A stretch of 64,000 nucleotides of DNA from Mobula hypostoma (lineage: Eukaryota), in the NCBI RefSeq assembly GCF_963921235.1, contig NC_086118.1:26848001-26912000 (forward strand). Reading direction: 5' to 3'. Position 1 is the first letter of the stretch; each line of letters starts with the position of its first letter. The notes under the pieces are model-generated. The model saw only the letters and a list, made by a program, of their open reading frames with translations. It was not told the origin of the DNA and did no database searches. This document shows positions 63,791-64,000 of the stretch, piece by piece. The position numbers were made by a program, and so were the translations under genes.

Positions 63791-64000
63791 CTGCAATGTA
63801 GAATGCATTTCTTTATTGAAAATTCTCACACAACATAGTTCAACATAACTTCTCAGTTCTCATCTCCTACAGAGCTGGTTGAACTTAATCAAATTGTTAA
63901 ATAACCTGCAACAGAATAATGAGACAATCTACTTCACAGAAGAAACATGCAAGACCTCTATAGGTATTTCACACAATCACTGACATGTGACTTTGCTGCA

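Noticed and set aside
1..64000. CRISPR arrays, rRNA, true tRNA genes, prokaryotic systems
   Set aside because: None seen; the tRNA-like boxes belong to SINE heads.

Overview
Vertebrate genomic DNA, AT-rich and repeat-dense. The repeat families (CR1/HER1-like LINEs, HE1-like SINEs, Penelope-like elements) point to a cartilaginous fish, probably a ray; this is an inference. It holds three multi-exon genes in the same order and relative orientation as human 17q25.3. NARF (minus): 9 coding exons at 21076-1274, 3' end off the left edge. CYBC1/EROS (plus): complete 190-aa CDS in 6 exons at 30443-38060, head-to-head with NARF across a CpG-rich promoter. HEXD (minus): last 10 exons at 63790-47701, 5' end off the right edge. 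All exons were read by hand and have GT-AG ends and continuous phase. Most ORFs in the track are transposon remnants or noise. The most interesting signal is a family of Penelope-like (PLE) insertions. Six are fold-back (inverted-repeat) elements flanked by 8-15 bp target-site duplications. Their terminal repeat carries a minimal type-I hammerhead ribozyme motif, and several fold-back junctions fall in that motif, one exactly at the predicted cleavage site. Other oddities: a templated ~320-bp inverted duplication spanning three unrelated repeats, reciprocal hAT/Tigger nesting, a CR1-in-CR1 stack with a solo LTR, and a Harbinger-like element in a near-palindromic target. Repeat family names come from motif recognition only; no database search was run.
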